Source: a virus (lineage: Duplodnaviria > Caudoviricetes). From it: a stretch of DNA of 64,000 nt. Within the stretch, counting starts at the first letter, position 1. Each line of letters opens with the position of its first letter. This document shows positions 42,785-51,306 of the stretch, in pieces. The DNA lies in the IMG/VR virus record IMGVR_UViG_3300020414_001694, positions 1 to 64,000 of that record, one strand, 5' to 3'. The translations under genes and the position numbers were made by a program. The notes under the pieces are model-generated. The model made no database searches. It saw only the letters and a program-made list of their open reading frames with translations, and was not told the DNA's origin.

Positions 42785-43566
42785 GTTTTAATGTGTCGCT
42801 CTTCTACAACAATCGGGGTTGTTTCGCCAATAGGCAATACCTGATATACCTTATTGCCAGCACAAGCAGAGGTGGGAGAAGTGTAGTTGGTTTTGATAAC
42901 CATTACTTTCTTAAATGCTCGTTGAGGCGCTGTTGCTCGTAATTGAGCAAGAGAACCAGCAGGGAACTTTGGTTCGGCAAAATGACCAGCAAGAATCTTC
43001 TTGGCATATTTGTTTTCTACAATCTTATTGTATTGAGAAAGACTAGGAACATAGTTCTCGTCTGCGACGACCATTCTACAGATGTCTCGAAAGTAAGGAG
43101 TTGTAAGATAGTAATTGGCAACAACTAATGCTTTTGCACGGAGACCAGTAGACTCGTCTTTGTACTTGGCAGCAAATTCTTGGCGCTCTACTTGAACTGA
43201 GTAACTGTTCTCTTTCTCTAACTTGGCAATAATTTCCAGTTGACGTGGAGACAGGGTAGCGCCCGATTGAACCTGCCCAAGAACAGACTCTGCGAAACCT
43301 TGACCCCAAGAACGCTCGTCTTCAATGCTGGCGATGAGATTCTGAATGCGAGTAATAAGTTCGGTGTTTAGAGACGGCGCTCTAGCGGCAACTGCTTCTT
43401 CAGAATATTTCTCTTCCAATCTGTCAAGCCAGGGGCGGCGACCAGGAGTCAGGCGACCCTGGCGTTGGTATGCTTCTTGAAGTGAAACAGCAAAATTATA
43501 ATCTCGCTTGTTTGCCTTGAGGTGGGGATTAGAAACCAACTCTTCTAATCGCTTTGATATGCTCAT
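42763..43566 (-). CDS. Protein with duplicated LT/SxRQ helical repeat and C-terminal SH3-like domain
   Basis: F..SL..Q..GRLTP..R / F.ESV..Q..G.TLSPRQ; FPAGSLAQL; promoter 43602-43630. Confidence 0.7.
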   Translation of the reverse strand: MSISKRLEELVSNPHLKANKRDYNFAVSLQEAYQRQGRLTPGRRPWLDRLEEKYSEEAVAARAPSLNTELITRIQNLIASIEDERSWGQGFAESVLGQVQSGATLSPRQLEIIAKLEKENSYSVQVERQEFAAKYKDESTGLRAKALVVANYYLTTPYFRDICRMVVADENYVPSLSQYNKIVENKYAKKILAGHFAEPKFPAGSLAQLRATAPQRAFKKVMVIKTNYTSPTSACAGNKVYQVLPIGETTPIVVEERHIKTWRAAKK

Positions 43567-43601
43567 AAATCAACCTTCTTTCTCATTCTCAATACATAAT
43601 A

Positions 43602-43630
43602 ACTATAATGGATAGGAAGTTATTTGTCAA
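43602..43630 (-). promoter_or_regulatory. sigma70-like promoter
   Basis: TTGACA-N17-TATAGT then TATTATGTATTGAG, identical to the sequence at 858-871. Confidence 0.75.
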
Positions 43631-43649
43631 CCCTTTTGTGAGATTATTT

Positions 43650-44108
43650 TTACTTTATCATAGAAAATACTGCTTTTGCCATCAGACCAATAGTGCCTGA
43701 ACCAACTATCCACAATATTTTGTTAACATTAGACACTCTCTCTTTCAAGAGAATAATTTCGTCTCGTTGCTTTTTATCCTCTTCAACGACTTCTTTGAAG
43801 TTTTCCAAGTCGAAAAGAATTCTTTGCTGCTTTTCCATTGCTGGTTCAACAGTCTTTTCCATGAACCTCTCTCTATCGTCAAAGTTTTTTTCTAAACCTG
43901 CAACACGAGTAACAATGCCCATGTTCTGACCATCGCCCATAAGCATGAACTGTAACTCGCCCATTGATGATTTGATAGAGGACACGTCTTCCACAAGTCT
44001 CTCTATTTTTATTGATAAGTCTGTTGAGTGCTTTAACTGCTTTTCAACTGTATCTATTTTCTCGTTGAGTGAAGCAAGTAGTTGGACAAGTTCTAGTTCT
44101 TTTTGCAA
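43650..44108 (-). CDS. Coiled-coil protein with C-terminal TM (XhlA/holin-like candidate)
   Basis: Long heptad region then KILWIVGSGTIGLMAKAVF. Confidence 0.55.
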   Translation of the reverse strand: MQKELELVQLLASLNEKIDTVEKQLKHSTDLSIKIERLVEDVSSIKSSMGELQFMLMGDGQNMGIVTRVAGLEKNFDDRERFMEKTVEPAMEKQQRILFDLENFKEVVEEDKKQRDEIILLKERVSNVNKILWIVGSGTIGLMAKAVFSMIK

Positions 44109-44174
44109 AACATATTTCCTCTATAAAACAAAGACAGAGTTTATCCCCTGTCCTTGTAAATAGATTCTAGATTC

Positions 44175-45764
44175 TTATTCCGTCTCAACAATTCCGTGAG
44201 AAGTGGTAATAAGTGTGCCTGCTGCGGATACAGCGTTTAGGAGGGCAGTTTTTGTTACCTTTAATGGGTCGATAACTCCAGTCTCGTAAAGGTTGCTAAC
44301 TTCACCTGTTGCAAAGTTGTAACCTGAACCTGTTTCTGCTTCTCTCACAGTCTTCTCAGTCAAGTCAACTGAAAGTCCAGCATTCGATGCCATCTTGCGA
44401 AGTGGTGCTGAAACTGCTGACAAAACAATTCTCGCTCCAAGTGCCTGGTCGTTGTTCTCAGTCCCAAGGGTGTCGAACGGAACCTCGCTAAGTCGTTGAG
44501 ATGCCTGAACTAATGCTGTTCCACCACCTGCTACGGTTCCGTCTTCTTGCGCTGAACGAACTGCCTGTAGAGCATCCTCTGCTCGGTGAAGTGCTTCCAT
44601 CATTTCTATCTCGGTGCTTCCACCAATCTTTAAAATAGCAACACCAGAAGCAAGACGATTAACACGAGTCTGAATTCTCTCACATTCTTTAAGAGAGTCT
44701 GTTTGCTGAATCTCTGCCTTTAACTGCTCGATTCTCTCTTCGAGAACGCTTGGGTCACCTGCTCCACCGACAAATGTTGCCCAGTTTTTCTTCGCCTCGC
44801 AGACCTTAACTGTGCCCAAATGTGAGACATCTACCTTGGACAGAGATTGCTTACCAGCAGGACCAAGGACAGTTGCTCCAACCGAACTTGCTAAATCTTC
44901 AAGACAAGCACGTCGGTCTTCTCCATATCCTGGTGCTCGAATTGCTGCAACCTTCATTGTACCTCGAACAGTGTTCATAATAAGAGCAGCGAGTGCTTGG
45001 TCTTGAACATCCTCTGCAACAATAATAAGTGCTCGTCCTTCTCTTGAAGCAATTTGTAAAGCAGGAAAGATTTGTTCTACTGCTGAAATAGTTGTATCTG
45101 AAACAAGAACAAGTGCGTTCTCGTGTCTCATAGTCCATCTGCGCTTGTCAGTTACAAACTGAGGTGAAAGATAACCAGAGTCAAACTGAAAACCTTCAAT
45201 AAGTTCTAAAGAAGTTGTTGAAGAGTTTGCTGGTTCAATAGTGATAGCACCATCTTTGCCTGCCTTGTCTACTGCCTCGGAAATAAGGTTTCCAAGGTGC
45301 TTATCTCCATTGGCAGAGATGGTTGCAATGTGTCGAATATCGTCGAGCGTTTCAATAGGTCGTGAGACCGTCTCTAACTCTGTTGTAAGAGCAGTTACTG
45401 CCTTATCCATTCCTCTCTTAATTTCCACTGGTGAAATACCCGCAGAGAGGTGTGCTGTCGCTTGACGAAAGATTTCGTGAGACAAGATAGTAGAAGTGGT
45501 TGTTCCGTCTCCTGCTTCGTCTGCTGTGACTTGTGCTGCCTGCTTAATAACCTGTGCTCCCAAGTTTGCAACAGGGTCAGAAAGTGAAACGAAAGAAGCA
45601 ACCGTTACACCATCTTTGGTGATAACTGGGTTTTCACCCTTCTTTTGTAGAATAACATTTCTACCTTTAGGTCCGAGAGTAGCGCCAACATTTTCTGCTA
45701 ATGTTGTTACACCCTCCAATAGTTTAGTTGATAGTTCTTGATTATTAGAATAGACTTTGCTCAA
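44175..45764 (-). CDS. groEL: Chaperonin GroEL (phage type, TTG start, no GGM tail)
   Basis: TLGPKGRNV, TKDGVTVA, AGDGTTT, EGFQFDSGY, APGYG, VAGGG, GVIDP; promoter TTTACA-N17-TATAAT at 45793-45821. Confidence 0.96.
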   Translation of the reverse strand: MSKVYSNNQELSTKLLEGVTTLAENVGATLGPKGRNVILQKKGENPVITKDGVTVASFVSLSDPVANLGAQVIKQAAQVTADEAGDGTTTSTILSHEIFRQATAHLSAGISPVEIKRGMDKAVTALTTELETVSRPIETLDDIRHIATISANGDKHLGNLISEAVDKAGKDGAITIEPANSSTTSLELIEGFQFDSGYLSPQFVTDKRRWTMRHENALVLVSDTTISAVEQIFPALQIASREGRALIIVAEDVQDQALAALIMNTVRGTMKVAAIRAPGYGEDRRACLEDLASSVGATVLGPAGKQSLSKVDVSHLGTVKVCEAKKNWATFVGGAGDPSVLEERIEQLKAEIQQTDSLKECERIQTRVNRLASGVAILKIGGSTEIEMMEALHRAEDALQAVRSAQEDGTVAGGGTALVQASQRLSEVPFDTLGTENNDQALGARIVLSAVSAPLRKMASNAGLSVDLTEKTVREAETGSGYNFATGEVSNLYETGVIDPLKVTKTALLNAVSAAGTLITTSHGIVETE

Positions 45765-45824
45765 AGCAACCTCCAGTTTGTTGTCTTTTCTTATTATATG
45801 GTATGTTTTTGAATTTGTAAAGGA

Positions 45825-47450
45825 TTAATTTTCTTCTTTCTCAAGTCTCTCAGCAATGTCGAGTAGTTTCCCGAGGTACTTGGTTTTCTCAACGTAGTGA
45901 CGAACATTCTTTATTGTTTCGCCCTTGCCTTCAACTCTCATTCTTATTTCGATTAGAGTCTCATTGTTCCCATCATCTCTGATAAGAATTTTAGGAAAAC
46001 CGCTTGAAGACTGAGTATACTTAACCCCTAGTTTAAAGTTCTCTCTTCTCCTAAACACGTCTTCCAGTTTATCATCAAAGTTTAGTACTTTGTAATCGCC
46101 ACCGTCGAAGTCAACTAAGAAAACACCCTTCTCGCCTCCAGTTGCTGCCTTTCGGACACCATACATGATGCTCTGGATAACATCAACTTGCTCTTCTGGT
46201 TTGTCTCTTCGAAGTGCTGGTTCCCTGGCAAGTTCATCAACAATATCTTTGTAAACTGCTTGCCCTGCTGCGATAACCGCTGCTTTTTCTCTATTTGAAA
46301 CTGCGGTTTTCCAAGGTTCCTCAAGTGCTGAGTCGGGTTTTATTCCAAACATGTCAGAAAGCAAACCTGAAAGTTTATTCCAGTCGCCGCTACCAACTTG
46401 ACCCATCGTCTTAGAACCTGCTTTTAGTGAAATGCTTCCGAGTTTGGTAAACTTGCCATCAACTTTAACTTGAACATCTACTTTGGTGCCTGTTTGGTCC
46501 GAGACACCATCTGAAATAACTTCTATCACGTTAGGGTTCTTGTCCATTTCCTGCTGCATTGCTTCATCAACAATCGCTTCGCCGTTGACGTATGCTACTG
46601 CTGACTTATAGTGATTAGACAACTCTGAGTGCCATTTTGGGTCCACCAGTCCTTCATAGTTTCCAGTAGATAAAGCAACCCTAAACGAAATTTCGTCTAC
46701 TCCATTTTTGCCTTTGAGAGTCTTGTCTACCTTTTTGGGGTTATCCTTCTCGGCATCGGGTCTAACACTTATCATCTCCAGTACTTTCTTGACTGCTGAA
46801 TCTGTAACCTTGAGTTCAGGGTTCATAAACTTTGCATAAAGGGCAGCACCAAGGATGCCTTCCGCAATGTCGCCCTTGTTTATGTTTTTGCCAAAAGGTT
46901 TGTAAACATATTTTGCAAGATTTCTCTTTCCGCTCTTAACCACATATCCAATTGGAGTGCTCTTGTCGGTTGCCAGGAGAGTGTTGATAGCGGTAGCGTC
47001 TGGAAAACTGGTCTGAAGAACAGATTTCAAAGCATCCATCAATCCCGCTTCTTGTCTAAGAAAGGTGGGTACTCCTATCTTTCTTAACTTTGGGTCGCCA
47101 TAAACCGTAATATCTTCCAAGTTTACGTCTGGACTGTTTGCCTTGACAAATTCTTTTGTAGCAGCGAGTACTTTTGCGTCTAGTTCTGCGTCAACCTGTT
47201 CCTCCAAAACACCAAAACCAGCAGGTGCTGACTTTGAGCGTTCTTTTGGTGGGTCTTCGTCAAATGGTTCACCACCTGTTTTCTTGGTGCCCTTAGTAGA
47301 CAACCTCATTGAAGAGTGTTTCTTGATAATATCTGAGTCTTGATAACCCTCTTCCAAGAGAACCTGCTCAACAAGTTCATAAATGGTTTCAGCGTCAATC
47401 TTGCTCTTTTTCTCGTAATGCTCTTCAATGAGTTTTTCCCAATTTGCCAT
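45825..47450 (-). CDS. Modular protein: E-terminated leader, RSKSAP module and PD-(D/E)xK-like domain (start MANWEK)
   Basis: GDIAEG...TKVDV...ISLK; module boundaries at LLEE and VLEE. Confidence 0.65.
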   Translation of the reverse strand: MANWEKLIEEHYEKKSKIDAETIYELVEQVLLEEGYQDSDIIKKHSSMRLSTKGTKKTGGEPFDEDPPKERSKSAPAGFGVLEEQVDAELDAKVLAATKEFVKANSPDVNLEDITVYGDPKLRKIGVPTFLRQEAGLMDALKSVLQTSFPDATAINTLLATDKSTPIGYVVKSGKRNLAKYVYKPFGKNINKGDIAEGILGAALYAKFMNPELKVTDSAVKKVLEMISVRPDAEKDNPKKVDKTLKGKNGVDEISFRVALSTGNYEGLVDPKWHSELSNHYKSAVAYVNGEAIVDEAMQQEMDKNPNVIEVISDGVSDQTGTKVDVQVKVDGKFTKLGSISLKAGSKTMGQVGSGDWNKLSGLLSDMFGIKPDSALEEPWKTAVSNREKAAVIAAGQAVYKDIVDELAREPALRRDKPEEQVDVIQSIMYGVRKAATGGEKGVFLVDFDGGDYKVLNFDDKLEDVFRRRENFKLGVKYTQSSSGFPKILIRDDGNNETLIEIRMRVEGKGETIKNVRHYVEKTKYLGKLLDIAERLEKEEN

Positions 47451-47463
47451 CTTCTTTATTCCT

Positions 47464-48204
47464 TTAGATAATAATATCAGCAATGCCGAAATCAACTGCT
47501 TGCTGTGCGTCAAGGTAAATGTTGACTTTCTTGTCAAGAAGTTTCTTTACCATTCTTCTTGTCATGTCCGTCTCACGTACAAGAACGTCGATATATCGTT
47601 CCTGAACCCATTTAATTTCCTCAACCTCATTTTCAATGTTGTGAATAGGACCGTGAGCACCAGCAATAACAGAGTGAATCATAACACGAGTGTTGCGACC
47701 GATTCTGCGACTACCCTTAGTGCCAGAGGCAAGAATTAAAACACCTGCTGACATAACCTTGCCGATGCCCGTTGTGATAATCGGACACTCTTCCTGAACG
47801 ACACGCATCATATCACAAATGCCGAACATGTCAAGTGCTGAACCGCCGAAAGTTGATACAATCATCTCGATAGGGAGAGATTTCTCAATGATTTCAGAAT
47901 TCATGTCAGTTGGGTCTGCAAGAACCTTTTTCTTTCCTGTCTCACGAAGTGTCAAAAGTCCTGCGACCACTTCGAGTGCCATTCTTTCCGATACGTCGCC
48001 AATAACTGGTACGACTCTCGGTTTCTTTTCGGCGGTACTACCGCCTGTCATTGGTGGAAGGAGAATGATTGACTTTCCGTCTCCACCGCCTGCGAGTTGT
48101 TCAAGCAACTCTTCATCTGTGAGTTCTTCCTCTAACTCTTCAACTTGTTCTTCCTGAACTTGCTCCTCCTGGATTTTTTCTTCTTTCTTTTTCTTTTTAG
48201 GCAT
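47464..48204 (-). CDS. clpP: ClpP-family protease (copy 2) with acidic N-terminal extension
   Basis: STFGG, VMSAG (Ser), MIHS (His), VNIY (Asn at the Asp position), GIAD.I. Confidence 0.88.
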   Translation of the reverse strand: MPKKKKKEEKIQEEQVQEEQVEELEEELTDEELLEQLAGGGDGKSIILLPPMTGGSTAEKKPRVVPVIGDVSERMALEVVAGLLTLRETGKKKVLADPTDMNSEIIEKSLPIEMIVSTFGGSALDMFGICDMMRVVQEECPIITTGIGKVMSAGVLILASGTKGSRRIGRNTRVMIHSVIAGAHGPIHNIENEVEEIKWVQERYIDVLVRETDMTRRMVKKLLDKKVNIYLDAQQAVDFGIADIII

Positions 48205-48232
48205 GGTTTCTCTTTCCTTTTTAGTTTGAACC

Positions 48233-48484
48233 TTATTTCAACTTCCTAACATAAAGCGTTCCATTTTCCCAGAACATCTCTATATCTCCCTTTAGGTAAG
48301 CAGAAATAGCATTTAAATAATTCTTGACTTGCTCTTCATCGAACTCTCCTGCCTTTGCTTCCGCAACGACCCATTTCACAACAGAATAAACGATGAAGCA
48401 CTTCTCTCCATAAAAAACATTGTCTTTATAAAAGAAATGTTTTCCCTCTTTGATGAGGTTCATTATGAAGTTCTTTGCTTCCAT
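48233..48484 (-). CDS. Hypothetical protein
   Basis: ORF track. Confidence 0.6.
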   Translation of the reverse strand: MEAKNFIMNLIKEGKHFFYKDNVFYGEKCFIVYSVVKWVVAEAKAGEFDEEQVKNYLNAISAYLKGDIEMFWENGTLYVRKLK

Positions 48485-48520
48485 TGTATATCATTTCTGT
48501 CCTACGAAGTCAAGTAAAAA

Positions 48521-49855
48521 TTACTCTTCTTTAGTAAGTAGAATCTCACGAATGATTTCCTTCACTTGGTCGTGAAGTTTTGCTTCTTCAGCGGTGAGTT
48601 TTGGACCATCGGTATAGCGGTCACCCTTTTTCATATTGGCAAGTTTTTCAATTCTTTTCTTTTTCTCGTCGTCGGACAAATCATCTCTACCCTTGATATC
48701 GTTGGCAACCATCTTGCGCCAGACCTCAAAAGGAATCTTGCTTCGCTTGGTATCAAGTTCGCCTGCTGTTGGGTCACGAAGTTTTCCGTCTTCTCCCGAC
48801 CTTGCCTGTCCCTGCTTGTAACCAGCAACTTTTTGAGAACGCTGCGCCTTAGCAAACATTTCTCTTGCACCACCAAGTTCAGCAATCTTTTCGCCTGCTG
48901 CTACAATTGCTGGGTCTTGCAAAAGTTCAGGGTCGTGAGCGGCAACGATAAAGTCAGTAAGACGATTACCTAATTTATCACCTGATTTATCTAAAAGCGC
49001 CATCATCCCCCTATACAGAATCTTGCCATTCTTGTTTTTAGGTTCACGAGTCGAACCATCAAGAAAGTCTGTAAGGTCTTTGGTCGCTTTGGCAAGAACT
49101 TGCTTGGCATACTCTGGTGTATAAGGTTTTCCGTCCTTAGTTTTCATTTCGTCTGCCAATTCTTTTGGAACAAGAAGTGAATCATCACGCAAGTCATAAA
49201 TGTTAGCATAGATGTCGCCACCAAGAATCTTGATATTGCGATATCCGTCAAAAAGTTGAAAGTATCCTCTGTCGTCCTGAACCTCGTCCTGATATTGTTT
49301 TGAGATAGTTGCGGTTGGAGCACCAACTGTTCTTGCTCTGTCCTTATCTCTCTGAATAGAAACTTCTGGTGGAACATTAATTTGAAAAACAGCAACATCG
49401 TAACCCGCTTCGTTTAGTTCCTCTGCTCGGACACCCATCTTCATTACGTCTTCGCCAGTTGTGTCGAAAATAACAGGTGTAGCAGTGTTTAACCAGTTTG
49501 CTGTTTTTGCTTGTGAAGCATTTTGAAGTTTTTCACGAAATGCTTGTTGTTGCTTCCAGTTGTCCAAGTCTGTTTTATCTGCAAACTTCAAACCAACGCC
49601 AAAGTTACCAAATTGTGCTTCAATGTCTTCGTCTGGGTTGGAAGTTACGAACTCTTCTGGAATACCCAACTTACCTGAGATAAAAGATTTACCAGCGCCA
49701 GCAGGTCCAAAGATGAAAATTGCCTTAAACGGATTTGGGTTATTCCGAAGTGCAATTTCTTCAAGCGGTTGCGGTTCCTCAAGGAGCATTGTTTTCTTAT
49801 GCTCTTCGACTGCCTCTTTGATGAGACTTTTTAGGTTTTTCAAATCTAGTTTCAT
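48521..49855 (-). CDS. Zeta-toxin/AAA_33-like P-loop kinase with helical leader
   Basis: KAIFIFGPAGAGKS, NPD, IFDTT, GYDV....V..E.S..R...R.R. Confidence 0.75.
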   Translation of the reverse strand: MKLDLKNLKSLIKEAVEEHKKTMLLEEPQPLEEIALRNNPNPFKAIFIFGPAGAGKSFISGKLGIPEEFVTSNPDEDIEAQFGNFGVGLKFADKTDLDNWKQQQAFREKLQNASQAKTANWLNTATPVIFDTTGEDVMKMGVRAEELNEAGYDVAVFQINVPPEVSIQRDKDRARTVGAPTATISKQYQDEVQDDRGYFQLFDGYRNIKILGGDIYANIYDLRDDSLLVPKELADEMKTKDGKPYTPEYAKQVLAKATKDLTDFLDGSTREPKNKNGKILYRGMMALLDKSGDKLGNRLTDFIVAAHDPELLQDPAIVAAGEKIAELGGAREMFAKAQRSQKVAGYKQGQARSGEDGKLRDPTAGELDTKRSKIPFEVWRKMVANDIKGRDDLSDDEKKKRIEKLANMKKGDRYTDGPKLTAEEAKLHDQVKEIIREILLTKEE

Positions 49856-49881
49856 TTATTTACTCCGTTAATAATGACAAT

Positions 49882-49913
49882 AAAAAAGCAGGACATTTTC
49901 GTGCCCTGCTTTA
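49882..49913 (-). terminator. Intrinsic terminator
   Basis: GCAGGGCA-CGAAAA-TGTCCTGC followed by TTTTTTA. Confidence 0.85.
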
Positions 49914-49946
49914 TTCTCTCACACCAAACCAAAAGGTTTATTTAAA

Positions 49947-50636
49947 TTATTTAAGAGAACGAAGTCGAGCAACGACTGCTTTGGTGATTTCTTCGAGTTG
50001 TTCCTCGCTTGCCTCTTCCATCTTCTCTTCGTCGTCTTCTTTGCCGTAACCTTCTTCGATTTCTTCTTCGTTGGTTGTGCAATTACCTTCTTCGATTTCT
50101 TCTTCGTTGGTTGTGCAGTTTGACTCTTCAAGGGCAGCGTCTTCGTCAAGAATAGACTGAACTGCTGCTGCGATTCTTTCAGCAAGTGAAGGAGTTGTCT
50201 CCTCCATCATCTCTTCTTCTTCTGCTGGTTCCTCTTCACCCATGTCCATCTCTGGTTCTGCATCCATCTCTGGTGCATCGTCAGCAGGTGCTTCTTCGTC
50301 ATCAACTCGCTCTGCGGGAACGCCAGTCTCAGACTCAATAGCAGCAAGAACTGCGTCTACAAGTGACTCGATTTTCTCTTGTGGAACTTCTTCTTCAGCA
50401 GGTGCTTCAGCGTCCATCTCCATCTCTTCTTCTTCGGCAACAATCTCTTCGTTTGTTGTCTCAGTCTCCTCAGTGGTAGTCTCCTCAGTTGCCTCGTTGG
50501 TCGTCTCTTCAGTTGTAGTCTCTTCAGTATCTTCTGACTGAATTTCAACCTTTTCTGAGATACGGTTGAGGGCAGGAATACCAGCAATAGTTGCCATTCT
50601 TCTAATCTGTGCTTCTGTAAGCAAGTTCTTCTTCAT
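49947..50636 (-). CDS. Highly acidic low-complexity protein, scaffold/head-core-like (start MKKNLL)
   Basis: Glu-rich; amphipathic segments; SD AAGGAG. Confidence 0.7.
   Translation of the reverse strand: MKKNLLTEAQIRRMATIAGIPALNRISEKVEIQSEDTEETTTEETTNEATEETTTEETETTNEEIVAEEEEMEMDAEAPAEEEVPQEKIESLVDAVLAAIESETGVPAERVDDEEAPADDAPEMDAEPEMDMGEEEPAEEEEMMEETTPSLAERIAAAVQSILDEDAALEESNCTTNEEEIEEGNCTTNEEEIEEGYGKEDDEEKMEEASEEQLEEITKAVVARLRSLK
50049..50120. repeat. 2 x 36-bp tandem repeat (one mismatch) encoding NCTTNEEEIEEG
   Basis: accttcttcgatttcttcttcgttggttgtgca(a/g)tt twice. Confidence 0.9.
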
Positions 50637-50707
50637 TTTCTTTCTCCTTCTTTGGGAATGATAAAAATTTGGGCGTAAATAGCCAATCACTTTATAAATA
50701 GTTAGTT

Positions 50708-50965
50708 TTATGGAAACAGGTCGTCGTTTTTAAGTTTTTTACGAACCTTTTCTGTTGCTTTTTTCGCTATTTGGTCAATTCTGACGTGACTTAGGTTCAA
50801 TCTCAACCCAATATCACGCAAAGTCATCGGTCTTCCATCGTTGTTGTCGATAGCAATAAGAGCACAGTTTAAATCTCCTTCATAGTCCATCCAAAAACGG
50901 CAGTCTTTGTTTTCTTCTGGACAAGACACGTTTAGTTTCTTGCAAATGTCGCTACATTCTCTCAT
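50708..50965 (-). CDS. Stand-alone sigma70 region-4 HTH protein with Cys-rich N-terminus
   Basis: MTLRDIG.RLNLSHVRIDQI resembles TLEEIG..L.V.RERIRQI; 5 Cys. Confidence 0.75.
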   Translation of the reverse strand: MRECSDICKKLNVSCPEENKDCRFWMDYEGDLNCALIAIDNNDGRPMTLRDIGLRLNLSHVRIDQIAKKATEKVRKKLKNDDLFP

Positions 50966-51306
50966 AAATCTGGGTGCTCCCTTGCTATTAAGTCGAAGAT
51001 ATCATCTATCTCTTCGTTGTCTAAGTTAAATTGCTTTTCTATTTCTTCTTGCTTTTGTTGCGCTTTTTCTTCTATCTCTTGTACTCGTTTAGAACGTTTT
51101 CTCGACTTTTTATTGGAGTTATCGTCTATCATACGAATAATGTCTTTTGATATTTGATTCTCCTCCAACATACAAGTTACAAGATAGCGAAAAAGTTTAG
51201 ATTGCGTTAATCCGTACCTATCGAGCATAATTTTTAGTTCTTTATGACGCTCGTCGGTATCAAAAAATACTATCTTCTTTTTATTTTCTCCGTACTTACC
51301 CTCCAT
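50962..51306 (-). CDS. Ribbon-helix-helix-like DNA-binding protein (start MEGKYG)
   Basis: KKIVFF (strand), H.ELK..L...GLTQSKLFR.LV; TAATG-coupled to guaB-like gene. Confidence 0.5.
   Translation of the reverse strand: MEGKYGENKKKIVFFDTDERHKELKIMLDRYGLTQSKLFRYLVTCMLEENQISKDIIRMIDDNSNKKSRKRSKRVQEIEEKAQQKQEEIEKQFNLDNEEIDDIFDLIAREHPDL

Noticed and set aside
45765-45825. CIRCE/HrcA operator before groEL
   Set aside because: No TTAGCACTC-N9-GAGTGCTAA inverted repeat
16610-50702. T4 late promoters TATAAATA on the plus strand (16610, 50693)
   Set aside because: They point away from the genes; better read as the minus-strand ACTATTTA motif
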